64,000 bases of DNA, taken from Vicugna vicugna (lineage: Eukaryota). This document shows positions 1-12,830 of the stretch, piece by piece. The notes beneath the pieces are model-generated. The model saw only the letters and a program-made list of their open reading frames with translations. It did no database searches and was not told where the DNA came from. A program made the position numbers and the translations under genes. Position 1 is the first letter of the stretch. Each line of letters starts with the position of its first letter. The DNA lies in assembly GCA_013265495.1 (NCBI GenBank), contig MU058337.1:6368716-6432715 (forward strand), in the 5' to 3' direction.

Positions 1-949
1 ACACACTGAGGTGACATGCAGTGCGATCCCAGCGGGGATACACCGAACACCCTCTGCTCTGAATCCATACTAAACCTAAGTGTTTCTGCCTGTACACACA
101 CGCAAACCCATGTTGGAATTTTGATCCAGATAGTGAATGCTGGGTTGAAACTTTCTGCAAGTTGTTATAGTGACGTTAATCGTGAGAGTTTGAATAGTGC
201 CAGAGTTTTCTTTAACGTTGAGACTGTGAAGCAATGTGACAAAGTAGAGGGTTATATGATGGAAGAAGAAAATAAAACTGAACACAGATGAATATGACTA
301 GGTAGACATTCTGTGTGCATATGTGCAAAGTAAACAGTATATTGAAACAGCACATCCACTGTTACTGTGATACACTTCTGAGTGATTTTTTCCATTTCTA
401 TTATTCTATTATTGTTATAGTGTTGTTTTTGCAGTTAAGACAAGATTTTTAAAATATGGGCATAGTGCAAAAACAATGGATACAAACATAAGAGTGAGCA
501 CCCGTGAATGCAAACCCCCATTCCTCCCCATGTAGGAACTTCAGCGCCTGCTTAGACCACTGCAGGTGGAGAAGGTTGGACCCTCAGGAAAGATCACCTG
601 GATCAGGTCTGCTTTAGGGAAGCCGGGATTCTCGGCAACCAGCAGCCACTGAACACACATGTCAGAATGTATATAGATTAAATACAAGTATCTTGCTTTG
701 TAGAGTAGGTGGCTGAGGCTGTATTACATTTTTGTAATTTAAATTATACTAAAGATACACAAGGGGAACTCCCCTTGCAGAGAATTCTTTTGATGAGTAA
801 AAATTCCTTTAACTGTAGTAGTCACCCCCCTGATTTAATTGTTTTGATAAGTTGGATTTTCTCAAAGCAAGGTGTAACAGCAGCATCTCACACTAGTTTT
901 AGACAATTAGGGTACATCAGCTTGATGGAATAACAGTCATTAACATTTA

Positions 950-1100
950 TAATTATGAAGACTGTGGCGATGTGGGAAAGTGCTTGTGGTGTGTTAAGTG
1001 AAAAGGAGCTAAATATAAAATTATATTTAAACGATTACTGCAACTAAGTCAAAATGCACAGGGAAAGGCTGGGAAAGAACATAGAATAATGGAAGTATTT
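950..1100 (+). mobile_element. Ancient L1 (L1ME-like) 3' fragment
   Basis: tgttaagtgaaaaggagc...gaaaggctgggaaagaacata resembles an old L1 3' UTR. Confidence 0.45.
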
Positions 1101-1197
1101 TTACACACATCACATATCAATCTCAAAAGGATTAAGTGGAGCTTTGCACAATGCAAATCCTACCTTACAGCTAAAGAAGCTGAAGAGGGTAGACCTC

Positions 1198-1625
1198 ATG
1201 TTTTAGCTACAGCAGTGTGAGCTGCCATAAGACATTCACAATCACAGGGACTTAACACACTGGTAGCTCCTTTCTTATTCATGTCAACTTTAATCTGTGG
1301 TGGGGTGGAGTTGGGGGGCTATGCTTTCTGTTCCACGCAATCTTCAGGGATCCAGGCTGCCAGTGGCTCTGTCATCTTAACCCACAACGTCCAAGGTCTC
1401 TCTCTGGTTATCAACAATCAACAAGGAGAAGAACATGGAGGGTAGCGAAAAGAAAAGGTTTTGCGGGCAATAGCTGGACGTGTACAACACTTCTACCCAC
1501 ATTCTGTGGGTCAACATTTAATCACATGGCAATATGTAACTGCAAAGGAGGCTGGGAAATATCATTTGTGCACCAGGAGGAAGTAGAAGCCAGTTTTCGT
1601 GAATAACAAGCTGATCTCTACCACA
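1198..1625 (-). mobile_element. MaLR LTR (MLT1J/K-like)
   Basis: Motifs cagggatccaggctg...ggctctgtcatc and aatcacatggc...aactgcaaaggaggctgggaaat, ending ctctaccaca. Confidence 0.7.
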
Positions 1626-1712
1626 CAAATTCCCACATCTAACCAGAGGTAGAGCAAAAACTGGAACCTAGGTCTTCCTATCTTAGCTCAGTGCTTACAA
1701 TTTCACCTCTCA

Positions 1713-1718
<6 letters not shown>

Positions 1719-1774
<56 letters not shown>

Positions 1775-1775
1775 C
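1719..1775. repeat. Compound (CT)n(CA)n microsatellite
   Basis: About 11 CT units followed directly by about 14 CA units. Confidence 0.95.
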
Positions 1776-2730
1776 TAAAGATAAAGACTTACATGTTGAA
1801 ATATAAATGAGGACAGTCAGTCCATTTAAGGACTCTCAATATACAATCTAATTCTTTTTAGGAAACACGTTACATTCTCAACGAAAATCATCCCAGGGAA
1901 GGAGATACCAAGGATAAACCCAGGTTCTTGAGTAAGAGAATCCAGGGCTAAGAGCTGACTTGACTGAGAAAGAATGAGCAGATGCCTACGTAATTCCATG
2001 ACCCTTATATTCCCGGTGTCACTGACACCTTTGCTTAAGCATTATCTCATTATCGATGGGTGGGAGGAAAGTCAAATTCCACCCTCTTACCACTTCCCAT
2101 GAAGTCCTAGCCAGAAGGCACTAGAAAAGAGCTGACATATTTATCTTCTTTGGGGTCTGTTTCACTTGGCTCTTGCCCACCTTTTCAGGTCTATTCCACT
2201 GTGGTTGTGATGAACACAAGGAAGGACACAGTTGCTGGGAGCTATTTCCAAGCAAAAACATCTTAAACAGCACATTGAAATATTATTTTGGGGTTGCATC
2301 CTAGAAAACAGGAAAACAGAAAACCTGTCCCGAATTTGGCATTTTTTATGTTAAAATGTCTTCATTTAGTGAAAAATCAGCTCAAATCAGGACAAATCAT
2401 CAAATCTTATTGGAACCTGGTGGGGTTTGGTGAGCGCTATTTGTGCCAAAGATCTAAGTTACGGCCAGAGCTTACATTGGACAATGAGAAAAGGAAAATT
2501 GCTATTTTACATTTTTCTGTCCCTTGCCATGACTAACCAGTGCAATGCTTTGAACATTTAGGCACTTGGTAAATACTGAGCTAATCATTATGAACATAAT
2601 TATTGTATTGTTGGACTGTAGTTCAGAAGGTACTGAAGTATGTATGGTAATTGTACCTGGAGTAAATGCTGCCACGCTGCTCTGCTTTTACGCAAGCTCT
2701 GAACTTTTTAAGGTTCACCCATTCCCTCAT

Positions 2731-2836
2731 CCACACACACACACACACACCCCATTCCCCCAGAGACACAACACACACATCTACATACGCCATCCACACA
2801 AACACACACACATCTATACATCCATCCACACATACA
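2731..2836. repeat. Degenerate CA-rich simple repeat
   Basis: Interrupted (CA)n tracts; source of the HTHTHT and VCVCV ORFs. Confidence 0.8.
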
Positions 2837-3707
2837 AATTGTGACCTGCTGCTTGCTTGCAGAGTTTCAGGTCCCTTCTGGAATTGTGACTTCTAACGTT
2901 TATTCTTGGGAATGCTGCTCCTCACAGTCGTCCCATGGGGTGATCCCAAGTGAGCAAATGGGTCTGAAGTGCCTCCCCAAGAGGCAGAGTGGGACGACCC
3001 CAAGGCAGCACCAGAAACTTGTGCTTCTGGAACCCTATCATGGTCACGCTCTCCCTACTTTTTATTTCAGTGTTTGAAAGAAGAAACCTTGCCTTTGGGA
3101 TAAAGGAATGTCTAGGAGGCTCAATTCCTGTGCTCTGAATTTAGTCTCTTGTTCTGACTATAAGATCTGCGTCAGTTCCTTACTTTTCCAATGAGTTTGT
3201 CAGCTCTCGAATCAGGGCTTGTACTAACCCACAATATCTACATGATGAGGAGGTAGGAAATGGTAACTTTCTTAAGTTGGTGTCAGAATTCTTCAGGGAG
3301 AAAACTGTTCTTTTAAATTCTTTTATTTTAATAATTTAAAATTTTTATTTTAATAATTACCTTTAGTAAAGTTAGTATAGAAAGGCTAAGGGTGGAAAGA
3401 ACTCTTTCTGTTTGGTTGAAAAAAACAAATAGGTTGGGCCATCTGCTAGTGGAGTCTTTAGGGCAAGGCTGTGATGGACAAGGAGTGAGACAAAGAAAAT
3501 CAGATTTCTCTGCAAAATAAAGTAATAAGAATGGAGAGTTCTAGCAGTTTGAGAAGGAAGTGGGGAGGAAGTAGGGAAGGTGGTGGGAATTCGGTCCATG
3601 ACAATGGCCTATGGATTTTGTTTTAGGGAGTTTTGTGCTATGATGTGACTGCCAGGGGCTAGAGGACTTGGGGACAGCAATGTGGCCATCACTTACTTTC
3701 AGGTAAG

Positions 3708-3915
3708 ATAATTTGAGCACTTACTATTTGCCAGGCATCAGATTAGAGCGTTGACATGCACATTCTGATTTAATCCTCATACCCACTCTGTGATAAGCCT
3801 GCCACTATCCCCATTTTACAGATGAGGACACAGAGGCTGGCTGAGGGGCAGGCACCCAGTAAGTCAGAGCCCAAATCTGAGTCTGATTCCAAAATGCATC
3901 CTATTAGTCACTAGA
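3708..3915 (-). mobile_element. MIR SINE
   Basis: gagcacttactatttgccaggca...tttaatcctcat...ccccattttacagatgaggacacagagg (MIR core). Confidence 0.8.
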
Positions 3916-4814
3916 GCATATTGTCCTTATGAACACTCAAGACTATAGTATTAAGCCGTGGAGCAGAAATGATTTGCGGCTTACTAATTAAGGGTGATAG
4001 AAGCACCCCAGAAATGCAAAGCACTAAATAAATACTAGTATTACTGTCCTTGCACTTGACCACTGACATCCGAAGGAAGTACTGTCATCTAAAATGGTAA
4101 CATGACAAGCCAGTAAGAGCTTATTAATGTCACATGAAAATGATATAGTTACATACTCACTGGATATTTATATTCTGAAGACCATGCTCTCAGGCACTGG
4201 ACTCCCATTAAAGACAGGATTGCCTACAAATCCAGTAGAAAATAATAGCCATATCACTTCATTTTTTTTCCGAGACATTGAAAAGAAAAATGGTTCACCA
4301 TTTCAGTGCAGGACTATAAAGCAGAAATCATGGTGTCTCTACCACTCCTGCTTCAAAAAGAAGAAATTATACCCTTTCATTCTCCTAGCAGCATGTAACT
4401 AAGGTTTAGATGAGTGAACAGATGCATGCAAAAATCAGCCACGCGCATAGAAAACATTCATTTTCACAATCTGGTAAATCTGCTAGGTACGCATGAAACG
4501 GAGCCAAATTGATTTCAGCAGAATGCAATGTCACAGCCTCGGCACGACAGGGATCCTCCTCAGCCTCACGCATTGCCAGGCCTTTACCATTCAGGGTGCT
4601 GGGTATATGGATCACCCAGCACTGATGGTCTGTAAATAGTCCCATAAATGGTGGCATAATTTGTCCAACTCTAGTTGACTGTTATTGTTATGTTATTTCC
4701 ATCCCTAGTAAAGGACCAGAACGTGCAACTGTGTTCTTGCTTTTCCCACTTCAAGGCCTTATCTGAGCTTCTTGCCACCCGGCCCCTTACCCTTCCCAAA
4801 GGTAGTTCATAGAA

Positions 4815-4995
4815 TTATATGGAGTATGAAAACACAAAGTGTCCTTAGGGATCATCTTGTCCAAGTCTTTCATTTTATGGATGAGATCCAGGGAGGAGGA
4901 AAGTCTTGCCCAAGGCCACATGGGTCATTAATAATGGCCCAGGCACCTTCTGACTCCCAAACCCATGCTTTTTTCACCACATGCTGTCTCCATTG
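4815..4995 (-). mobile_element. MIR3/MIR-like SINE
   Basis: atcatcttgtccaagtctttcattttatggatgag...cttgcccaaggccacat...tgactcccaaacccatgctttttt. Confidence 0.6.
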
Positions 4996-5162
4996 AAATT
5001 TGGACTCAGACTACATAAGAGGGAATTTCTGCAATTCCATCAACCCCAAACATCTCTATGGCTATTAAATATTTATAGTGTAAAGGGCTCTATTTCGTCT
5101 GCTCTTGTACTTCCTGATTATCTACTAGACCACAACTCCTCAAACCCATAATAATACTAGTT

Positions 5163-5451
5163 TACAGTCCCTCGTTAGAAAAGCTAGGAGACAAAGGTAT
5201 TTTGGAATGAAGAATTTTTTGGACTTTAGAAAGGTAGAATGTTACCCAGGGAGTCTATCTTATGTCACCTCACCTGGAAACCTGGAGCAAAACGCAGGAC
5301 TAGTCACACTGAGGGGATGGAGTCTATAAATTGCCCCACGTCAGTTTAGGGCAGGTTTTGCTGCCAAGTGAGCTGAAAACTTATGATACAATTTTTGGTT
5401 TTCAGAACTCTCTGGATTTTGAAAATGTGGATAAAGGATTGTGGATTCATA
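5163..5451. mobile_element. Old non-autonomous DNA transposon (TcMar-Tigger-like)
   Basis: TA-flanked, starts tacagtcc and ends gtggataaaggattgtggattcata; the subfamily is uncertain. Confidence 0.4.
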
Positions 5452-6699
5452 CCTTTCTCTCCACACAAGTGGCATGTGTAAGTGTCATAGACCAGTTGGA
5501 CAGTATCATTCTGTCAATAAAAGGATGGTTTGGCACTAGAATTTTCTTGGCCAGGCTTGTTTTGCTGTAGATTTCCGTGATGCCAGTTGCCCCTCAGTTA
5601 TAGCCCACACAGAAAAGGGAATGGCCCCACGCTGGCCGGACCTCAGGGAGCCTGGGTTTAGAAGCTGACTGCCCTGTTTGTTTCTTGGATCTTTTATGAA
5701 ACAAATCCAGCTGGGATCACTGGAGGGGCAGGCATGTTATGAGGCAGCTGGGGAGGTCGTGGTGGGGACTGGTAGCAGCACCTGTCCTCTTGGGCTTCGG
5801 TAAAAGCAGAGCAGAGTGGGCTTGCCACCAGGTCCCCAACGGGCAACTGGTCACGCCTGCGTCTCTGGGCTTTCTTGGGCTCCGACTGCTTCTCAGCTTC
5901 TTCCTTCTCATCAGATGGGCAGGTTTCCAGAGCTGTCAGATTTTCTTCTGCCCAAGTTAACAGGGACATTGATTTTGGAGGAAGGGAGGCCCTTCCTCCC
6001 CCAGCCCGTCCTTCCCTCACTCCTGGCTTAGCCACGCCAGCTCCATGGCATTGTCCGGTTTTATTAGTACTGCCTGGCTGAGGCCTCCTTCCCCAGGCGG
6101 CCCCTGTGATTTCCAGCCCCTCTCCACTTGGCATGTCAACGTGCGCTTCTGATCTCCCCTGGAGAGCCTGCTTACCTGGGTAATGGGCACTTGACCCCCT
6201 GGTTTCCAAAGTGGGCTTCTGCACCACAGCAGGACTTGCAACTGTTTTCATTGTTTCCTGGACTGTCGCCGGGAGGGAGTCCTATAAACGTGACCTTGCT
6301 TGGCTGGCTCTGGGATTGACGGAAATCAGATCACTTTGGGGGTTCTAATGGACCTGGATGGAGGGCTTTCGGAGTGGCACAGGAGGGTCTACTGCGTTCG
6401 AGAGGAGGCTCCTGGCTCGCTCCTTCAGAACTGAACATGGCTTTCCTAAAATCTTTCATTTAGCATAGAATTGTGGGCACCTGTTTTTTTTGAAGAATTT
6501 CCCTACAGACACAGGAGGATGGAATTTTACTTAGAAAACTATAAAGATCTTCTAAGAAAAAGAGCCCATTTCTGTCTGTCTTTTGGAACAGAGAGGGTGA
6601 AGAAGGAAGGAAGGAAGGGAGGGCGGGAGAAAGGGAAGGAAGCAAAGGGAATTCTGCCCCTCATGTCCTCTGTATCCGTCATCACCTCATTTCTTCCCA

Positions 6700-7300
6700 C
6701 CGATCATTGTGACAGCATGCGGACACAGCCTCCCCACCCACCCTCGCCCAGCTCCGATCCATTCTGCTGCATCCAGAATAATAATTCTGTAAGACATCCA
6801 TCTCTGCTGCTTAAAACCCTCAGTGGCCTTCTGCTGTCCTTGGAATACATGTCTAGTTCTGACTGTGGTCCCTGGCCCTGCATCACCCGGCCCCTGCTGC
6901 CCCTCAGGCCTCATCCTGCATGACTCTTGGGCTCTGGGCACTCCAGCCACACTGGCCTCCTCACAGGCTTCCTGCTGCTCCTGGGCCTTTGCCTGTCCCT
7001 CTCCTCCTGCCCACACGGCTTTCCGCTCCATTTCCCCCTGTATCCCACCCTTAGTCTAGTTATCTCCTTTGGATCCTAGTTCAAACATCATTTCTATAAG
7101 CCTTCTCTCCAGCCTGGAGTCCTGTTTTATACTTTCATAGCACGTGTGCTTTGCCTCCCCATCACTTATAACAACTCACAGCTACACATTAACTGCAGGG
7201 ACCATGGGACTGATGTCTGTCTCTCTCACCAGCAGGTAAGCTCTGAGACAGGAGGGACTGCATTTTCTTTGCTCACCTTCAGCACTAGCCTTTTGTTGCC
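6700..7300 (+). mobile_element. L2 LINE 3' region
   Basis: ctctgctgcttaaaaccctcagtggccttc, ctccagccacactggcctcc and gggcctttgcctgt, followed by the L2 3' UTR-like gtaagctctgagacaggagggac. Confidence 0.7.
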
Positions 7301-8399
7301 GGATAGCAGTTTCCCAGTAATTACTTGATGAGTTATTGTGCGAATCATTTTTCTAGCTGCATGTCAACTTCAACAACGCTACCCCATGTAAGAAAAAAGC
7401 GCCTCTGTTACTCCCGCATACGATGGGAATTTCCACTTGTCGGCTATGGGTTATTCCTGAGAGTTCGAATGAGTGAGCCTGTGTCTCTACTCCATGGGGG
7501 GACGTCTGCTGCGGTGGTTACATTCAGCTTCACATTTCTCTCCTGAAGCTCTGAGGGCCCTCTCTCATGGCAGACTGGCATGTCTTCCCTGAGTTTTTGT
7601 GTTGGCCAAGAGGAACATGTCACATTGGTGATAATGTCAGTGAACTCTGAAGCTGCCAAGGATAGCAGCAAGCAAAGGCCAAGAGGAAGCCAGCAGAGCC
7701 TTAAACATGCCTGCCCTGGAAATCATCTCATTACCAGAGGTGCCAGGCGTCACACCCTGGATGGAAGGGCATAATTGCTGAAAACAGCTAATCACTAACA
7801 GCATGGCAGCGAAGGGCCTACAGTCATCCCTTTCTTCACTTCACGATATGTCCCACCACAAGGGGAAAGGTGCCAAAAGAGGAAACCATGCATGAAGACC
7901 TGGTTCCTGACTCAGGGCAAGGACACTTCTTCCCCCAACTTTCACAAGATGCTTTGGGAGGCTTCTCTTAGTTTGTTACCAAGCTTGAAACCTTAATGCT
8001 TTTATCCAAACGCAGTGCCTGTGGACTCCCAGCATGGCAGAGGATGGTCTTCTGTGTGACACTGGCCATTCAAGGAAGGGAGTCTCACAAAAGTAACATC
8101 TTGCTTTCAGGAGAGTACGTGGGCAAATGTGGATTGAGTACCCATTGTGTAGACACTACTGTATAAGGTCCTTAGGGGGTGAAATAATAAATAGTGATTC
8201 TTATAATTTCTTTGTTCAATTGTATTTATTATAATGTATTTATGATAATTTATTAAAATAAGTGGGTGGCTTCATCTAGCAAATGTCCTCATAGATGTCA
8301 AAACAGAAATCATTGCAGTTATCTGGGAGGTATGTGTGTACAAAATTAACTAGCACAGCACCTGGATAAATTCAAGTATATCTTTTCCACGTAAGCCAC

Positions 8400-8530
8400 C
8401 TTCCTCAACCATCTGTTGAGTGCCTTTTGTGTGCCTGGAGCTGTACTAGGTGCTTAGGACACAAACATGGTTGTTGCCTCAAGGAGTTTATGTACTAACA
8501 GAAGAAATACACAGATAAATCAGCAAGTAT
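8400..8530 (-). mobile_element. L2 3' fragment
   Basis: tgttgagtgccttttgtgtgcctggagctgtactaggtgct...gcctcaaggagtttat. Confidence 0.6.
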
Positions 8531-9240
8531 GCTGTGGACTAGAAAGTTCTAGAATTGGACCTATCAATATGAGTTTTTTTAAATGTCTGAGGGCAGTTTT
8601 CATGCACAGAAAAGACCATGCAGATTACTTTGGTTTAAAAAATTACCAGTTCAAAATATCTATCTTCCATAGGCCTTTGTGTTCAGCCTACAATCTTGTT
8701 AGTCTATTTATAAAGAAAATGGATTAATTCAAGTTGAATAGATTTAAATAAGTTCAAATCTCAACTGGCACCATTTACAGCTTTATTAAATTCCCTTAAA
8801 CTTTAATAACCGTATTTATGAATTTAATACATTCATTTTCTTTCTAAATGCTTCAAATGATTGACCTAACAAGCAAAACCTTCCCAAATACTTCAACAGT
8901 GCTCATAAGTCTATAAATTACTGATACAATCAGTGGCGACTAAGGTTGCTTATAGGCCAAAGACAATCCCCAGACACACAAAGGCCCAGGTGATTCTTCC
9001 TTTGCCAGAAGGATCCTGAGCCCTCTTATGGTTGTTATGACAATGGGGAAATTTCAAGTTCATACCCTTCAGACAGAGTTAATTTTCTCAAGTCTATATT
9101 ACAATCCAATCTAATTGTTTCCTCTCCTTTGAGTTGTAACCTTCTCACCTAAGCTGTGGCTAACTTTTTCCACTAACCTCTTTTTATCTTCTTCATATTC
9201 TTGGTTGAGTCCCAGTTTTTTTTCTTTAAAAAAATATTTT

Positions 9241-9360
9241 GGGGGGGAGGGTAGAGCTTAGTGGTAGAGTGCGTGCTTAGCATGCATGAGGTCTGGGTTC
9301 AACCCCAACCTCCATTAAAAAATAAATAAATCTAATTACCTCACTTGCCAAAGACAAAAC
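9241..9360 (+). mobile_element. tRNA-derived SINE, Vic-1-like (camelid)
   Basis: GGGGAGGGTAGAGCTTAGTGGTAGAGTGCGTGCTTAGCATGCATGAGGTCTGGGTTCAACCCC has A/B boxes and an A-rich tail. TSD aaaaaaatatttt (9228-9240) / aaaacaatatttt (9361-9373). Confidence 0.85.
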
Positions 9361-9373
9361 AAAACAATATTTT

Positions 9374-9850
9374 AAGTAGTAAAATAAACCTAACATAAAA
9401 TTTATCATATTAACCATTTTTAAGTGTATATTTTAGGGGTATTAAGTAAATTCATATGGTTGCACAACTATCACCACCATCCATCTCCAGAACTTTTCTC
9501 ATCTTCCCAAACTGAAACTCTGCACCCATTAAATAGTATTCTGTCCTCCCCCTAGCCCCTGGCATCCACCATTCTACTTACTGTCTCTATGAATGTGACT
9601 ACTCTAGGTGTCTCATCTAAGTGGAATCATACTGTCATTTGTCCTTCTGTGACTGCCCCATTTCAGTTAGCATAGTATCTTTAAAATTCATACATGCTAT
9701 AGCATGTGTCAGAATTTCCTTACTTTGTAAAGGCTGAACACTATTCCACTGTATAGATATACCACATTTTATCTATCCATCTGTCACGGACACTTGGGTT
9801 ATTGGTACAATTTGGCTGTTGTGAACCATGCTGCTATGAACATGGGTGTG
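9374..9850 (-). mobile_element. L1 3' end (L1MB-like)
   Basis: taacataaaatttatcatattaaccattttaagtgt...caccaccatccatctccagaac...gtggaatcatac...catgctgctatgaacatgggtgt. Confidence 0.85.
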
Positions 9851-10085
9851 CTGGGTGACAATTCTTTAATGCCACCCAACTGGATTTTGCATCAGATCAG
9901 AACTTTGTGGCTTAGTCATACTCATGCTGGGGGCAGGAGCCTGATTCTTGGGAGCCCAGAGGAGAAGCACCTAAATCAGAGTGAAGTCCTGCAGCTACTA
10001 AGAGTCAGAGTCTCTATGAAAATAACGGGTCTGGACTCAAGGTGAACATATGGAAAATTAAAAACAAAACCGAAAGGATGGGTCA

Positions 10086-10160
10086 GGGAGCACATATACT
10101 AAGTATGCACGAGGTCCTGGGTTCAATCCCTAGTACCTCCACTAACCAAAAAAATAAAAA
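10086..10160 (+). mobile_element. 5'-truncated Vic-1-like SINE
   Basis: GAGCACATATACTAAGTATGCACGAGGTCCTGGGTTCAATCCCTAGTACCTCC plus A-rich tail; B box intact, A box absent. Confidence 0.8.
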
Positions 10161-10884
10161 GTAAGGAGACAAAAAGAAAGAATGAGAAGTATGCAAGAAA
10201 AGGAATTTCTTTCTACTATAAAAATATACTCTATCTTCAAATACATGAATAATGACTAACATGCAGATGAGTTATGTAGTGGATAGCACAGGCCTTGGGT
10301 CACTCAGCGGTCCTGGGGCACGATGTCAAACTTTGCCAAGTCCCAGTAAGAAATATATAAAGTGCCTGTTGAGAACTAGGCACCAAAGAGCCAAGGACCG
10401 GACCTTCTGCCTCTCTGAGGAGAAACAGTGAGACCCAGTTGCAGTTGCAGCTGCAGCGGCGGAGCCCACGCTGGCTGGAGGTGAGGAGGCTACATTTTCC
10501 CTCGAACATCCTTGCAAATGGGGTAAATCTACCTCAACAATCCCGGGCAAACACCAGCTCTAACGGGGAGCACAGGGGCAGCTAAAATAGGGTCTCGCTA
10601 TACCCTTTCAACTCTGCAATTCCATTGTCAACCATCCAACCACTTAACATAAGAATGCGGCCACAGACATTGTGAGCGAAGATGCTGTTTAGTCAGACCA
10701 GACCACGCCTGAGTGTGAACACAGTGGTAAGGCTGGTCCCACACAACCCCACCCCCTCACCTCCGACTCCCAGCTGCTTAACCATCCAAGGGTAAGAGGT
10801 AATGGAAAAAAAGAAATAGAAGATAATAAAGAAGAAGAGGGAAGGAAATCAGGTAGAAGGATGACTTAAAGTAGTAACAGCTAA

Positions 10885-11115
10885 GACGTTTAATATTTAC
10901 TGAGCATATTCCACGTGCCAAGCACTGTACTAATGTGGTTCATGTACATTATCTCATTTAATCTCTGCAATAATCTAGGCAGGTATATTATTATTATTTT
11001 TTAATTAGAAACCTGAGGCTTAAAGAAATTAAATATAACTTGCCCAAGATTAAGAAATAACAAAGGTAAGAACTGAATCCATCTTTGCTTCTGGTACCAA
11101 AGCTCTTCATTTTAA
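10885..11115 (-). mobile_element. MIR SINE
   Basis: atttactgagcatattccacgtgccaagcactgtac...attatctcatttaatc...ctgaggctt...acttgcccaag. Confidence 0.75.
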
Positions 11116-11279
11116 CAGAAAACTGCTAAAGTTGCCCAATAGATAACTGGACAAAGGGTGTAAAGAAACAAAATATATGTGGAAATACTAAATATATGAA
11201 GTCCATGCAAGTAATTTTTTAAAAAGCAACAATAAAGTATAATTTTAATGTACTAAATAGTAAAACGAAGTTAAAAGTA

Positions 11280-11870
11280 ATAATGTGGAGACACTGGTAC
11301 ATACTGCTGCTGAAAACGTGCTTCCAATCTTTGAAAAATACTTTTTCATATATCCTCCGGTAAAAAATTTTGACAATGTATAATGAAAACCATAAAATGT
11401 TTCTACCCATTGATCTGGTAATCCTAGTCCTACAAACATTTTTTAAAAAAGTAAGTCTATGAAGGAAAAAGTTACATAGATGAAGCTCTTTATTGCTAAA
11501 ATGATAAAATTTTAAGTTATATAAGAATTAAAATTATACATAAATTATATAATAACTATATTATAAAATTGCAGTGAAAAACTGGAGACAATCTAAATTT
11601 TCAGCAGGAAGGGAATGGTTAACTGAATTATGTGCGTGTGTATATATATATATCTCTCTGTTAAAATAATAAATACAAAGATTTTGTAGCAATAAAAATG
11701 CAGAATATCAAATTATAACTACATAATCATGTAAAAATTATGGCTTCAAATGGGCAAAGCCTGAAAAAGAACACAGAAGTATTGGAGTAAATTTTGTGTG
11801 AGACTGGTGGATTCAAAATGATTTTTTCCCTTTTAAAAATATTCTTTATGGCTGTTAAAAGCAATAAAAA
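11280..11870 (+). mobile_element. Ancient L1 (L1ME-like) 3' region
   Basis: catactgctg...cccattgatctggtaatcct...aaactggagacaatctaaat...gggaatggttaactgaattatg. Confidence 0.55.
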
Positions 11871-12244
11871 TTAAAAATTTGAAGTAGCTAAGACTTGTCC
11901 ACAAAAAATAAGGGCACCTGCTGGGTTGTTTCGATGATTAAATAAGTTAATGAATGCAAAAGCTCCCAGAAATAGTCCCTGCAGGCACTCAACAGGGTCT
12001 CCCTCCCAGCCCTCTCTGCCTCACTCTTCCTTCCTTTCAGCTTAGCATCCTGAGGGTGCAGGATCAACACTGGTCTCACACTACCTCTGTATTCTCTCTT
12101 TCTCAGTATGAGTGCTTCTTTCACTTTTTATTGTTTTTGTTTCCGACTTTCAGAGCTCAAGAGGATTTGGACACTTACACTTTCTGATTCTCTCATCAAA
12201 ATAAATTAATACTATATGCTTTTTAAAGCATATAGTATTAATAA

Positions 12245-12830
12245 TTGTCTGGCAGTCCTCCCCAAAATTAAAAGAGTTACCATACGATCCAGGATATCCA
12301 CTTCTGGATATATATCCAAAAAAAGTGAAAGCAAGGGGACTCAAACAGATATTTGTATACCCATGTTCATACCAGGATTATTCACAACAGCCATAATGTA
12401 GAACATCCCATGTCCAATGATGAACAGACAAGCAGAATGCTGAATACAAACAATGGGATATCCTTCCAGCCTGAAAAAGGAAGGAAATTATGATACATGC
12501 TACAACATGGATGAACCTTGAAGATGTTACACTAAGTGAAATAAGCCAGTCACAAAAGGACAAATACTGTATAAATCCACTTATACGAGATCCCTAGAAC
12601 AGACAAATTCAGAAACACAAGGTAGAACTGTGGATAGCAAGGGCTGGGGGGAAAGGAGAATAGTGAGCTAGTGTTTAAGGGGCAGAGTTTTAGGCCGGGC
12701 TGATGAAAAGTTCTGGAGATGGATGGTGGTGATGGTTGCACAACACTGTGAATGAACTTAATGCCACTGAATGTACACTTAAAATGGTTAAAATGGTAAA
12801 TTTCATGTTATGCATATTTTACAAAAATTC
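12245..12830 (+). mobile_element. L1 3' end (L1MB-like)
   Basis: gagttaccatacgatccagg...caacatggatgaaccttgaag...gttctggagatggatggtggtgatggttgcacaac...aaaatggtaaatttcatgttatg. Confidence 0.9.

Noticed and set aside
1..562. Possible old DNA transposon ending in gaccactg, with a 91-aa ORF
   Set aside because: Could not assign a family or see the other terminus; needs a Dfam search.
5694..6251. 185-aa ORF, the longest in the track
   Set aside because: No recognisable domain; GC-rich sequence with overlapping ORFs in several frames, as expected by chance.
9241..9312. Functional tRNA gene (also 63383-63455)
   Set aside because: Broken stems, SINE-type A-rich tails and TSDs indicate retroposed SINEs.
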